This document shows positions 25,838 to 38,329 of a stretch of 64,000 bases of DNA, in pieces; position 1 is the stretch's first letter; every line of letters begins with the position of its first letter. Under the pieces are notes generated by a model, which did no database searches, was not told the DNA's origin, and saw only the letters and a list, made by a program, of their open reading frames with translations. The position numbers and the translations under genes are program-made. The DNA is from Geosiphon pyriformis uo1 (lineage: Eukaryota > Fungi > Glomeromycota). The stretch lies in assembly GCA_016748015.1 (NCBI GenBank), contig JAAOMT010000647.1:308668-372667 (forward strand), given 5' to 3'.

Positions 25838-27375
25838 ATGGCCGTGAAAACCATTCCAGAAAATGCTCCAGAACATTGTCCTGTATGTCACTATAGCGCC
25901 ATCAAACCTCTTTATTCAACTCGCTTTTTTTGGCCTGTTTTTCTTACTCTGTTTTTTGTCAGGGACCCGAAACAGAACAAGCTGGCAAAGCCTCGGCGTG
26001 TGCCGGCTGTCCAAATCAGAATGTTTGCGCTACTATTCCAAAAGGCTCTGATCCTGGTTAGTCGATTAGTTTTACCTTACAATTTTTGCAAGGTTTCTTC
26101 AAAAACCATGATGATTAAATTCCCAACTTACTCAAGTTATCGTTTTTCTATAAAGATCTTCCGTTGATCAATGAACGGCTTAGTTCAGTAAAGCATAAAA
26201 TATTAATATTATCTGGAAAAGGTGGGGTCGGGAAGAGTACCTTCACCGCTCAACTTGCATTTGCACTTGCTAGCGAAGAAGACATACAGGTGAACACTCA
26301 ATTTTTTGTTTTCATTCTTTACTGATTTAATATTTAATATATTCGAGATGCTAGGTAGGAGTAACCGATATTGACATTAGTGGACCTTCCATCCCAAGGA
26401 TTATGGGCTTGGAAGGGGAACAAATTCACCAGAGTCTATCAGGCTGGTCCCCAGTCTATGTTCAAGATAACTTGGGCTAATGTCGATTGGGTTTATGCTA
26501 GCAGATTCGGATGATGCTGTAATTTGGCGTGGACCTAAAAAAAATGGTTCGTTTTAAAAATTCAAATGAATATTGTTTATTGCATTATAGAATGTTTTCA
26601 AAATTCTCACCTTGCTCATAATTATTCAGGCTTGATTAAGCAATTTCTTAAAGATGTCGATTGGGGCGAACTTGATTTTTTGTTGGTTGATACGCCTCCT
26701 GGTACTTCAGATGAACATCTTTCTATCACTCAATATCTTAAAGAAAGTGGTATCGATGGTGCGATTCTCATCACCACTCCTCAAGAAGTTGCCCTTCAGG
26801 ATGTGCGTAGGGAAATTGATTTTTGCAGAAAAGTCAAAATACCGGTTATTGGTGTGGTTGAAAACATGAGTGGTTTCATTTGTCCAAATTGTAAAGTAAG
26901 TGCAAAACCAAATTTGTTATTCTATTTATATTATAGCAAGATTAAAATATTTTACATGCAAAATAATTCCTCCTTGTATCAGGGTGAATCAATAATTTTT
27001 GCACCCACCACCGGGGGGGCAAAGGCATTTGCGAAAGATTTCAATATTCCATATTTAGGATCAATTCCTTTGGATCCTCGAATTGGTAATCCAAATATTT
27101 TCAAATAATTGCCACTTATATCCCAAACACTCCAATATTAATTGAAGATTCAATTCTTTGAAAGGAGAATCATGTGATAATGGCGTATCATTCTTGGATG
27201 AATTTCCTGATTCTCCAGCATCCAAGGCATACTTGAACATTATTACAGGTAATCATCTTTTGCGATTAAGTGGGACCAAAACCAAGCTTCATTTCTTACC
27301 AACTACTTCAATTAATATTTCAATTTAGAAATCAAAAACAAATTATCAAATGAAAAAATAGGAAGCTTAAAATAG
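25838..27375 (+). CDS. NBP35: Cytosolic Fe-S cluster assembly factor Nbp35 (NUBP1), 8 exons; apparent 1-bp frameshift at ~26478
   Basis: N-terminal four-Cys motif APEHCP|[23 protein letters not shown]-loop [45 protein letters not shown] and [11 protein letters not shown]. Confidence 0.93.
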
Positions 27376-27988
27376 GTTAGATAAAGAAGACTCGTCTTTT
27401 TTCTACATTTTCATAAATTCATTGACATCCTTACCGACTAAAAATATATACGACTAGGTTCCTGATTGCAGAGTTGAAAAAGCCTAAGAATTAGGTTATT
27501 TTTATTAAATGTATAATAGTGTTGATAAATATTCAAAATTGGCGACGGTTGTATATTATTTTGAACAGCAAATTTGATCCAATTTTCATTTGGCAATAGA
27601 AACTGATTTTGGTTTTTCATCTAACTTGGGCAGTGAGATAATGAAGATCCTTTATAGTAACCATCGTTAAATTAGAAACATTCTGAATATTTCCCGCTTG
27701 AATTTAAACGGAAAATTATTTCAACCAAACGTGAAGAGATGACGAGGACTTAAACTGTGCCCATGTGAATATAATTTTATAATTATCATTTATTTCTCAC
27801 GCGTCATATTATATTGACTGCTTGCTCCTAAATTTATCTTGAATCTAGCCGAAACAACAAAAAAGACAAAGGTCCGGGAGTATCCTTTATCCCATGCGGG
27901 ACTTGACGTTTAAAAACAAGGTAGGATGCAATTCAATTGCCAATACTAATAAAACAATTTTTTACATAATTATTATTTTATCGCTTTA

Positions 27989-28609
27989 TCAGATTTCTAC
28001 CCTCATCTTTTGCATTCCTTTCCTCTCCTTCTTATCACCCTTGGTAACCTTGGTTGCTTTTTTGAAAATTTTAGACCTTACAAATTCAAGGTCACGGTTA
28101 GTGTCGCCTCTTGCTGTATTTTCCCATAATGCCAAATCTCTTTCTGAAGCCAGTTGTGACTGAAGTCGTTTAGCTTGCAATTTATGCAAAACAGAATTTG
28201 TACGACGCGCTTTTGAACGAGTTCCAGGTGAAACAATGTTGGAGCCAGACGAGAAATCATCAAAGACCTCGTCTTCTACAGCGCTGGAGGTTGATTTATT
28301 GGCTACTAATTTATTCGCTGGTGCCACCACCCTCCTTGTAGCCTTCTTATTTTTGGAAAGGATGGCGGAGTAAGCCAAAGTTCTCGCGTCTTGATGATTT
28401 GGGGAGACACTCAATATAGTTCCCCATTTCGCGGCAGCCGCGTAAGTTGGAACTTTAAAGGTCTGAATAAATTGATATTCGTCACCTTCCTCTTCTTCCT
28501 CCCTACTATTGGCTGGGTTGGGAATTGCGTGAACGGTAATGCGCTGGGCAAGTTCTACGTCTTCCTCAAATTCCCATTCACGAATCTCTTCCCAAGCTTC
28601 AGTGGCCAT
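27989..28609 (-). CDS. Hypothetical 206-aa intronless protein with acidic N-terminus and basic C-terminus
   Basis: ATG-initiated ORF with gene-like GC content and an upstream pyrimidine-rich leader. No recognised domain. Confidence 0.65.
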   Translation of the reverse strand: MATEAWEEIREWEFEEDVELAQRITVHAIPNPANSREEEEEGDEYQFIQTFKVPTYAAAAKWGTILSVSPNHQDARTLAYSAILSKNKKATRRVVAPANKLVANKSTSSAVEDEVFDDFSSGSNIVSPGTRSKARRTNSVLHKLQAKRLQSQLASERDLALWENTARGDTNRDLEFVRSKIFKKATKVTKGDKKERKGMQKMRVEI

Positions 28610-28680
28610 TCTTTTAAAAGGATAAGAAGCTCTAAATTTCTTGCTAGAAAGAAAAGTGATTTCTAAGATGAACTCGGGAT

Positions 28681-28702
28681 GAGAGAGAGAGAGAGAGAGA
28701 GA
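28681..28702. repeat. (GA)n microsatellite in the leader of the 28609 gene
   Basis: gagagagagagagagagagaga. Confidence 0.9.
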
Positions 28703-29545
28703 GCGAAAGGTTTTAAGGTAAGGAACGGGTGAGAAGGAGTTGAGGTCTTGGGAAACCAGTATTAATAACGAATAAGAGAATATTAAAGAGAAACCAAAAA
28801 GATAAGTTACAAAAGGAAAGTAAGAGTCTTGTTAATAGCAAGGCAGAGACAAAAAGGAAGAGAGTTTTTATCTGAGAAGTTGGGTTCCGAGTAATTGAGA
28901 AGCAAAGTTCCCTTATTCAGCTTACAAACTAAGGAATGAAGAGTCTCCCTGGCACCACGTCACAAACACGTATCATAAGAACACCCGATCGGTCATTTTA
29001 CAATCAGAGTGCGTGACTCTACCAGATATTTGTATTACCGGTTGCCAACTGCAGATATTGTTAATTTTATAGCGTAACGAACGTTTCGCGAGATATACAT
29101 AATAACTTTTCCGCTGATGACAGTTTCCCAATTGGGTGTAATTAGCTTTTGTTCTTTGAAATTTGAACTTTGACGGTAATTAGTTTTTACAGCTTTTCTT
29201 TGTTTGTGTGATGTAGTATTATGTATCCATTGCTTTGGTTAATAAGATATTGATAAATTTTGCATAATGCTTGGTATTCTTATGGTCATTTGACCTCCAT
29301 GCTTCGTTGGGGATCAAGTGATTGTGTTAAATACGTTTTAAATTTATTATTAGTAGATCATTTTGTTCCCATGATGCGCGAAAAGCATTTTTTATTTTTT
29401 TCTTAATCTTGATTGTGATTATTACAATTAGGTACTTTCTTTTTCCGTTTGAAATAGGACAAACGAATAGAAAAAGAGAAAAGTCTTTAATGTCAAAAAA
29501 AATAAAAATAACAAATTGTTCTAAAAAAAAAAAAAAAAAAAAAAA

Positions 29546-29658
29546 NNNNNNNNNNNNNNNNNNNNNNNNNNNNNNNNNNNNNNNNNNNNNNNNNNNNNNN
29601 NNNNNNNNNNNNNNNNNNNNNNNNNNNNNNNNNNNNNNNNNNNNNNNNNNNNNNNNNN
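29546..29658. other. Assembly gap flanked by poly-A
   Basis: Run of N. Confidence 0.99.
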
Positions 29659-30044
29659 AAAAAAAAAAAAAAAAAAAAAACATGTAGTAAATATAATGTA
29701 ACATTTGTGTGTCTTGTTATATTTGCAAAGATTCTGTCATTAAAAAGATTAGGTATGATAAAAAAAAAAAACGGGAGATTATTCACGCGTGACGTTTTAT
29801 CCGATATACACATATATAGATTAAAAGAAAGTATCATAACCCATTAAAAAAAATACATACCGTAAAGTCCCGAAAAAATAAGTAACCCCCTTTTTTTTTA
29901 AAATTACCTGAATTTTTTACGATATATCAGGTTTGCATATTTGTTTACAATTTTTTTACTCTAAATAACATTAATTGAATGAAATGGCCATTAATATATT
30001 ATTAATGCTATAGTGTAGTCTGATCATCATAAATTAGTAAGTGA

Positions 30045-30088
<44 letters not shown>

Positions 30089-30240
30089 CTTTGATCATAA
30101 ATTTATTAATAATATGTATATATATATATAATTAATTTTTCTATATAAATGAAAATAATTTTAAAATTTCAAGAAATCAATTTGAATTTGGATAATAATA
30201 ATAATGTTTTTTTGAGAAATTTCTATAAATATAATAATCA

Positions 30241-30274
<34 letters not shown>

Positions 30275-31245
30275 TGATATAATTTTTTTTTTGAAACTTA
30301 AATCTGAAATAATAATAATTAAAATACATATATATATTTTTTAAAATTTCTTTGTTTATTTTATGTATTAAAATTTTATTTATTTTTTTTAAAAAAAAAT
30401 ATTGTTAATAATTTATTAAAACTATTTAAAATTTTATTTAAAAATACAAAGTCTTAATAGATTTTATTTAAAATAAATAAATTAATAAATAAATAAATAA
30501 ATATAAAAAATAAATAAATTTTTTACTTAATTATGTACTCTTAACAAAAAAAATTTTTGATTACATATTTTAAAAGAAGATATAATGAAATTTATATTAC
30601 TGTAGTCAGAGATATTAACCATTTAGTTGTAACGATCTTGCTGAATCTGGTATTCGGGGCGAGAATCACAATGTTTCAAAAACTCATCATTGAGTCTTTA
30701 ATTCATCATTGAGTCTTTAATTCATCATTTACATCATCGTCATGCTTCTTTTTTGTTTGAAGGAGGACTGTTCAGATTCCTCAAATCACCCGCATCATCT
30801 ATCTTTGTAACTAATTGTTTTTTTAAAGGCAATGCCAAGATATGGTCCTGAAAAAAAAAAGGATAATATAGATGGAAGTCACGAAATCAAGTCTCCCCAT
30901 TTTCTTATCTCCTCCATCATCATCGTTATTCTCGGCTTTTAGTTCCTTCCATATCACCTTTTCCTTTTCGTTCTTCTGCATTTACTTTATTATAATTTTG
31001 CACGATCTCTAATTATTCTGAATTTACATCCATAAGATAAAAAAAATTTCTGATTTTTGGTACATATGTTGGGCAGAGTTTATTTTTAAATGAATGAATG
31101 AATGAATGAATAAATAAATAAATAAATAAATGAATAAATGAATATAGATATATATTGGAAAAATTATTTTAGAAAAACAAAATTTTGAAAGCGATATCTA
31201 ACGCTCTGTAGTTTTCACCATAGATTTTACTGAAAGCGATTGGTT

Positions 31246-32132
31246 TTATTGTTTCCCCGCATGTGGCTCTTGAAAGATAGTTATTAAAATATTTTTTATG
31301 TTTAAGTCACCACCTGGGCAATTATTCATATTTTTTCCAAAATACGGACCATAACGAAAATCATCAGGTTTTCCAGCATTTACTAATTCAGTTGAGTAAC
31401 TGAAGTCATGCTTACGAGCATTACATTCCTAAAAAAAATTTTAAATCATTAAGAGCAGGTAAAAAAATTTCCAATAAAAATTTTTTTTTCCAATTTCATC
31501 ATACCGGATGTTCCCTCAGTGAATGAGTATTAAAACACTTGTAGAGAATTGGGTAAGCATCTAGGGGGCATTCACAATTTAACTGTTCTTCAGGATTTAG
31601 GTCATTTCTTTCATTTCCACTTTCACGTTGACGTTCACGTTCAATCCAATATTCAGGTGTAAAATGAGTATATTGTAGGTATGCTGGAATACGGTTATTC
31701 TCTGGGATTTCTTTTATATCACTCCATTTTGAGAATTTTCTGATTCCTCTTAATGGTACGTTAGGTAACCAATCATCCACGAATGTGACACGAAAAATCT
31801 TTTTTTATTATTATTACAATTTTTTAATAGAGAAAAAGTTTGCAGAATCAAATCCAAAGCATATATAATATTAGAAAATATTTTTACCTCAAGTTTTGTT
31901 TGAGCAAAAAGAGTAAAGACTTCATTTCCCATTCTTGGCTGACCAAAAGTTACGACAATTGGTTTTTTTTCCAGTTTATAGATATTTACAAAGTCAAGAG
32001 CAGCAAAAACTGTATATGCTAATTGAAGAAAGAGTCATTTTTTACTGTGAAAAATTTAAATAACTTTATAAAATTTTTAATTTTAATAATAATAATAATA
32101 AAAATAAAAATAAAAATAATAATAATAACAAC

Positions 32133-32176
<44 letters not shown>

Positions 32177-33041
32177 TAATAATAAATGATACTTACGGCT
32201 ACTTTCACCAAATCCGGTAAATTCAAAATTGGAAAGATCGGTCAGTGATCTTCTCATAAGTGGTAAAAAACCATTGAAAAATTTTTTTTTAGTGTACATA
32301 TTCCAAATTTTATAGTATTGACTCGCAATCCAAGCACCAGGTACATTTGGATATTGAACGAGGTTAAACCTTTGACCGGGGATAGCGAATGATTTGAAAT
32401 CTCTAACAACGAGATTTGCAAAACCAAAAGTAATTTTTTTAGGTTCAACTTCATGTTTTATAATGGAAATCGAGAATTTAGTTGACGCTATTTAAGAAAA
32501 ATGATTTCAGTTCAAAGTGAGATTAGAAGGAGGAAAAAATTTTTATTTTATTTTTTTTAAAATGAAAAATATTATTAATTAGTTTACCTCGTCCTCTGGC
32601 AAATTGATTTTTTAAATGACAGTGTGCTGTCCAGGCTATATTTGCTTTGATAGCGAGTATTTCCAAAAGATTTTTATCTTCAACTAAACTTTTTACAAAA
32701 GTTATACTAAATGAATTCCTTTTTGATCGATATTTTTTTATAATATTTTTTTTTGAATAAGGAAAATTTGAAGTTGAAAAATTTTTAATTAAAGACGATT
32801 GGTGAAAATGATTTAGATAATCAAGTTTTGTTTCATTTTTTATCAAAAATTCATTTAAAATATTATTTTGATTTGATGATAAAAAAAAGTTTAAACGAAA
32901 AAGTAAAAAAGATTTTAAAAGAAAAAGTAGAAAAAATTTAAAACAAATGAAAAGAATAATAATTATGACATATATGAATAAATTATGTTTAAAATCCTTT
33001 CTAAACTTTTTAAAAGGAATTGGTTTTATTTTTATATACAT
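31246..33041 (-). CDS. Lipase class 3-like alpha/beta hydrolase lacking the GHSxG nucleophile, 5 exons, N-terminal hydrophobic segment
   Basis: Spliced: FEFTGFGESS|PYTVFAALDF...VVTFGQPRMGNEVF...IFRVTFVDDWLPNVP...YTHFTPEYWI...CEC...YKC...EHP|ECNA...YGPYFGKNMNNC. Confidence 0.82.
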
Positions 33042-33169
33042 CGAATTTGATATATTATTATTATTATTATTATTTTTTGCAAGTAAAAAACTTTTCCCTT
33101 CAAAAGATGGATATAAGTTTGGTATTTCCAATTTACAAAAGTTCATTACGATCATAGATGCTTTGTCAT

Positions 33170-33372
<203 letters not shown>

Positions 33373-33438
33373 TTTTTTTTTTTTTTTTTTTTTGAAAATT
33401 TTAGTTTCAAAAACTTACGCTTTACAAACTTAAAAAAA

Positions 33439-33611
33439 ATGGTTTACCTATTCAAATTTAAATGGTCAAAAGTATTCTTAAAGTCTTTCTTATTTCCCCA
33501 ATTGACGAGCATCATTTTTTTAATTTATTTTCTATTTCAAAATGAATTTATTATTATTAAAATTGAAGATTATGGAATTCAAGAAAAAAATCACTTTTTT
33601 AATATATCCGC

Positions 33612-33666
<55 letters not shown>

Positions 33667-34971
33667 GTAGTTAAAATGAAAAGGAATAATCTAGATTTAA
33701 CATTTGTAAAAATGGTTATTCAAGATGAAATTGTTTTAAATGAATTATCTTCTACTGCAACTTTTGCGTGGGAAGCATCTTGTCAACAAATTTATGAAAC
33801 TAATAAAGTAAATCTCTTACATGGTGTTAGTGTGAAAAGAGTTTGGGGTTAGTAAAAATTCATTTCTATTTTTATAAAAGGATAAATTTATTTTTTTTTA
33901 AACCGAAATTTTTTTATCATTTTAATACACCACCACCACCACCGCCACCACCACTAACACTACCACTACTACTACTACTACTACCACTACCACTACCACT
34001 ACCACTACCACTACCACCATATATATATATATAGCAATATTCTCAGATGCTACAATTTCTTTTGGTGCTATTGAGTACCCATTTGATCAAATGGCAAACC
34101 CTAAAAGATTTTTTTGGGATTCTACTCCTTATCCATATGCGGAACATGCTAATGTTTGCAAAATTTTTTATGAAAGATGGGAAAAATATTCATCCAAGTT
34201 TTGGAAGAAATTGGTAAATCTTGAAAAAGAAAATAATAATTATACATTCACAGGATTCGGCATTGGGGCTGGTAAATAAATTCTTTTTTTTTATTATTTT
34301 TTATTATTTTTATTATTTTTATTTTAGATTGAAAAAATATTATTAATAAAAAAGTTTCTTGATTTTTAGTCTTTGCCGTATTTGCTGCACTTGAATATAA
34401 AAGGAATAATATGGAAGCATCAATAACTCTTATTACATTTGGTCAACCACGTATTGGTGATGACTTATTCGTCATTTATACACAACGTATACTGGATAAA
34501 GCTTGGAGGGTCACATACCGTGACGATTGGCTACCTAATTTTCCAATTGAGGGTTTTAATCGTGAGATGGCAAGTCCTTTACGCAATGGTAATCCTAAAG
34601 TTGTATATAGACACTTTCAAAAAGAATTTTGGATAGAGCCTAGATGCGATTGTTCAAATCATGAAGAGGTTTATTTATGTTACCATATGGCTAGTTTACA
34701 TGAGAATGAGGTATTTCTTGAAATTTTTATTGGGGATGGGGTGGAGTAGGATGGGCTTTTTTTTATTTATTTTTAAATTCATTGATCTGATTCGAAATAT
34801 TTCTTTTAGAATTGTAATGCGAGAATTCATTTACATAACGTAATTTATCCAGGAAAAACTTGGAGTGAAGCAATAGAATCATACAAAGTATCACACCCTG
34901 TTAATGAGCATCTTGGTCCTTATTTTGGACATACTATGTCACAAAATTGTCCAGAATTTAAAACATCTTGA
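33439..34971 (+). CDS. Lipase class 3-like alpha/beta hydrolase lacking the GHSxG nucleophile, 4 exons, N-terminal hydrophobic segment, poly-Asn
   Basis: Spliced: YTFTGFGIGA|VFAVFAALEY...LITFGQPRIGDDLF...WRVTYRDDWLPNFP...YRHFQKEFWI..CDC...YLC...ENE|NCNA...NEHLGPYFGHTMSQNC. Confidence 0.85.
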
Positions 34972-36584
34972 AAATTTATAATGCTAGAAATTAAATTAGT
35001 TTTTTTTAAAAATAATTGATTTTATTATGAGTTTCAATAATTATTCAATTGTAGATATTATTTCTGTTTACACAAGTCTTAATATGTTGTGTGAATAAAT
35101 ATATAAATAAATATATAAATAAAATAAAATAAAATAAAATATAATATAATATAATATAATTGCTCACAGAAGAAAAAAAATGTTGAGATTCGAATATCTC
35201 GTCATTAAAGAATTGACCTAAATAAAATATATTCGTTAAAAAAAATAAATATAATTTAATTTAATTTTTATTCGCGTTAAGTTAATTATGACCGGAACGA
35301 TAAATACTTTACTACTTTTACTAACTGTAAAATTTTCTAATTTCTTTTTATTTCAATACCTCGGATTTCACAAGAAAAAATGTTCCCGAATATATATAAA
35401 CACTGGAAGAAGGATAAACGATCCGCGAAACCTGGAAAAAAATAAAAAAAATAAACTGGTGAGTCATTAAAAGATCAACATATTACACCAACTGTGGTTG
35501 CTCAATTATGTTTTAGAGTTGTATCACTACTTATTGAATTGGTGAGACCCGAAAAATTTAGACGACATATTGAATAAAAATATATTAGATTCGCTTTTGG
35601 AAACAAAAATGCTAAAGATTATTTTTTCATCAAGATAATGATCCCGAAAACACACACACACACACACACATATTTATAGAAAAAAAACGAGATAACATTA
35701 TTTAAATTGTTCAGTTCAGTCTCCTGAATTTAAACCCAATATGAAATCGGTCCACTTTACAATAGAGATGAGCTTGGAATAGGATTGAAAAACAATTTTT
35801 AATGAAAAATGTTAATCGATTCGATGCCAAAAAGAGGGTTAGAAATAAGAGATAGAAGCAAAAAGTATAAATACAGATTTTTTAGTTTTGTAATTGTAAT
35901 GTATGATGTATGATGTATGATGTATGATGATCTATTTTTTTTTTAGCAGCTTCTAACATTTACTTTTACAAAATAAGGAAAAATAAAAAATTCCATTGAA
36001 ATATTATTTTATTATTTTTAAATTAATTTTTAAAAGAATAAAAGTGCAGGCTTTTAAGTAAAAAGAATGATCAATAGAAAGAATGATTAAGAAAAATCAT
36101 AAATAAATAAATAACTAACTAATTAACTAACTAAATTGATAAATAAATAAAATAATTAATAATAATTGAATTATTGCACATTTTTATAATAACTAATTAA
36201 ATCTATAAAAATTTAAATAAATTAATATTATCAAAATTTTTATTTTTATTTATATATATTAGCAATTTCAAAAAACTTGACATTTTTATAAATAATAGTT
36301 TAATTATAATATTGTTTGTAATTAAATCAAATTTAATCTGTATTATATTTACCAAATGTAAAACATAAATTACTTTAAAGATTTACATGTATTCTTGTTA
36401 CTTTTATTCTTAAAAGTCCACAAGACCAGAAGAATTAAATTCTATTCAATTTTCATCATTACATCAAAATATATTGCTATCCACCTAAACTCATCTTTGT
36501 TAAAGCTCTTATGGTCAATAACATATCAGAGCCAATTATTTTGAAATATTATACAATTTACTGATTATGATCACATATCAAAAA

Positions 36585-38119
36585 TTAATCAAGGAAAGTC
36601 AATTCTAATATTTCCCTTTTCACGTTAGCGGTAACTGTATGAACCACCTTGATTGCGAATAAATTATCACGTTCAACAAGTTGACGAAATACCAAGGTGC
36701 CTCCACCGACTCCAAAATACATTGTCTTTGCAGAAACCAACCTTAAATATGAATCATAATCGATTTGTCAAGGAACGGTTTAAGAAATGAGTAGTTCTTC
36801 ATAAGCTTTACAATAAAAAATGGATACGCGATTCCTTTGGGTGGCTTTAATATATTCTTGATAACATCATATAATTTTTTAGCGGAATCTGGATTGTAAA
36901 TTGTTTCGGAGGTGAGTAATAGATCATATTTCTCTTCTGAAGATTGGATATTTAAAACATCCTATATAATTGAATTACATTAATGAACAAAAGATATTTA
37001 TCTGAATAAGGAAGATGATTAAAATCAGCGGTTATGCTTACTATTAATCCGTTCCAATCGCCTGCAAAGAATTGAGAGTTTTCAAGGGCTTTTTTTAATA
37101 TATTCTTGTCCTCAAGAACATTCAACTCGGCTATACCATTTTCATCAATATCGTGAATTCCTGGTTTGATGACCGTATTCAGTAAAATATTGGGTATTGT
37201 GACCAAATTAATCACTTGTTGGTTATAGTCTTGAAAATCAACTCGCATTGATTTTCCACAGTTCAACATATAAATTCCAGGGAGTCCAGAGCCACAACCA
37301 AGCTAAGATAAAAAAGTTCATGCCCAATTTTTAATTAAATATGTAGAAAAAGGAATAATAAATTATAATGAGTTAATTATGCACAGACATATTTCACTAT
37401 GAATTAGAGATTTACCTCCAGGACCTTTATTGCATCAAAATTTGCTACTCTTCCAACAAGATATTCAACAAGATCAATCGAGCACTCCCAAGTTTTCAAT
37501 CCACCTATGTTTGAAGAATGAAAACAGATGTCAAAGAAAACTATTATTTTTTTCACTACTTTAATAAAATCAGAGAAATATTAAAAATTTAATGACCCTC
37601 ATATACTCCTTTGACCAAATCACTCTCATTCGTGAGATCCAAAAAATTGCTGCAATCAGCCAGCTGTTCGCTTTCTTCCATATCATCATCTAATGCGATT
37701 TGACACTTGATGTCAGAGAGATGGCGCTTAAATAGCAAGAAACTATTTCTATCATTAACTTTCAATGTGATGGTTTCGGCCATTAAAGTTTCAGGGAGGT
37801 TTTCTAGCTGAAGAAATCAAATTAAAATGTGAATAAAAAAATTTTAACCAAGGAAAACATAAATTACCTGAGAAATAACCTTTACACACTTTATAACAAC
37901 AGGAACCGCTGCCGTGCTTTTCCTGTCGTCTAAGCTTGCCTCATGAAGCATACCAATGATTTCGACCTCTTGATCTTCGAAATCTATTTCCTCGTCCTCA
38001 GATAAGCCAAGTTCCTGGGACTAATAGTATAAATAATGAAAAATTTAAGTAAACAGCGTTTTAGGTACTTGAAAACTACCGTTGTTCCAACTCACTGAGA
38101 AATTAAAACGAAAAGCCAT
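36585..38119 (-). CDS. HPM1: Histidine protein methyltransferase 1 (Hpm1/METTL18), multi-exon
   Basis: MAFRFNF, LFKRHLSDIKCQI, SDLVKGVYEG|GLKTWECSIDLVEYL, VLE|LGCGSGLPGI, DFQDYNQQVINLVTIPNILLN, FFAGDW, YDLLLTSETIYN and AKTMYFGVGGG. Confidence 0.92.
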
Positions 38120-38329
38120 AATTTTGGAGAATTGTTTAGATAATCGATGATCATCGTGTTATAAATGTTTGGAATCTGATCGACATCCAGACCATTTTCG
38201 GGGTGTGAAACCTAATCTATAATAAAAGATTGGAAAAATTTTTTTAAGGATGAATTTCTGGAAATACAATTATTAGTAGTAAAACAAAAAAAAGCCCAGT
38301 ACTAAAAAAAAACATATATTAAAAATTTG

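Noticed and set aside
29281-29326. Hairpin tcatttga...cttcg...tcaagtga
   Set aside because: An isolated stem with no snRNA, snoRNA or element-terminus context that I can support.
29327-29837. ORFs spanning Ns
   Set aside because: Artefacts of an assembly gap flanked by poly-A.
30600-31040. Gene-like fragment with a ~20-bp tandem duplication (tcatcattgagtctttaat)
   Set aside because: No sustained ORF or recognisable domain.
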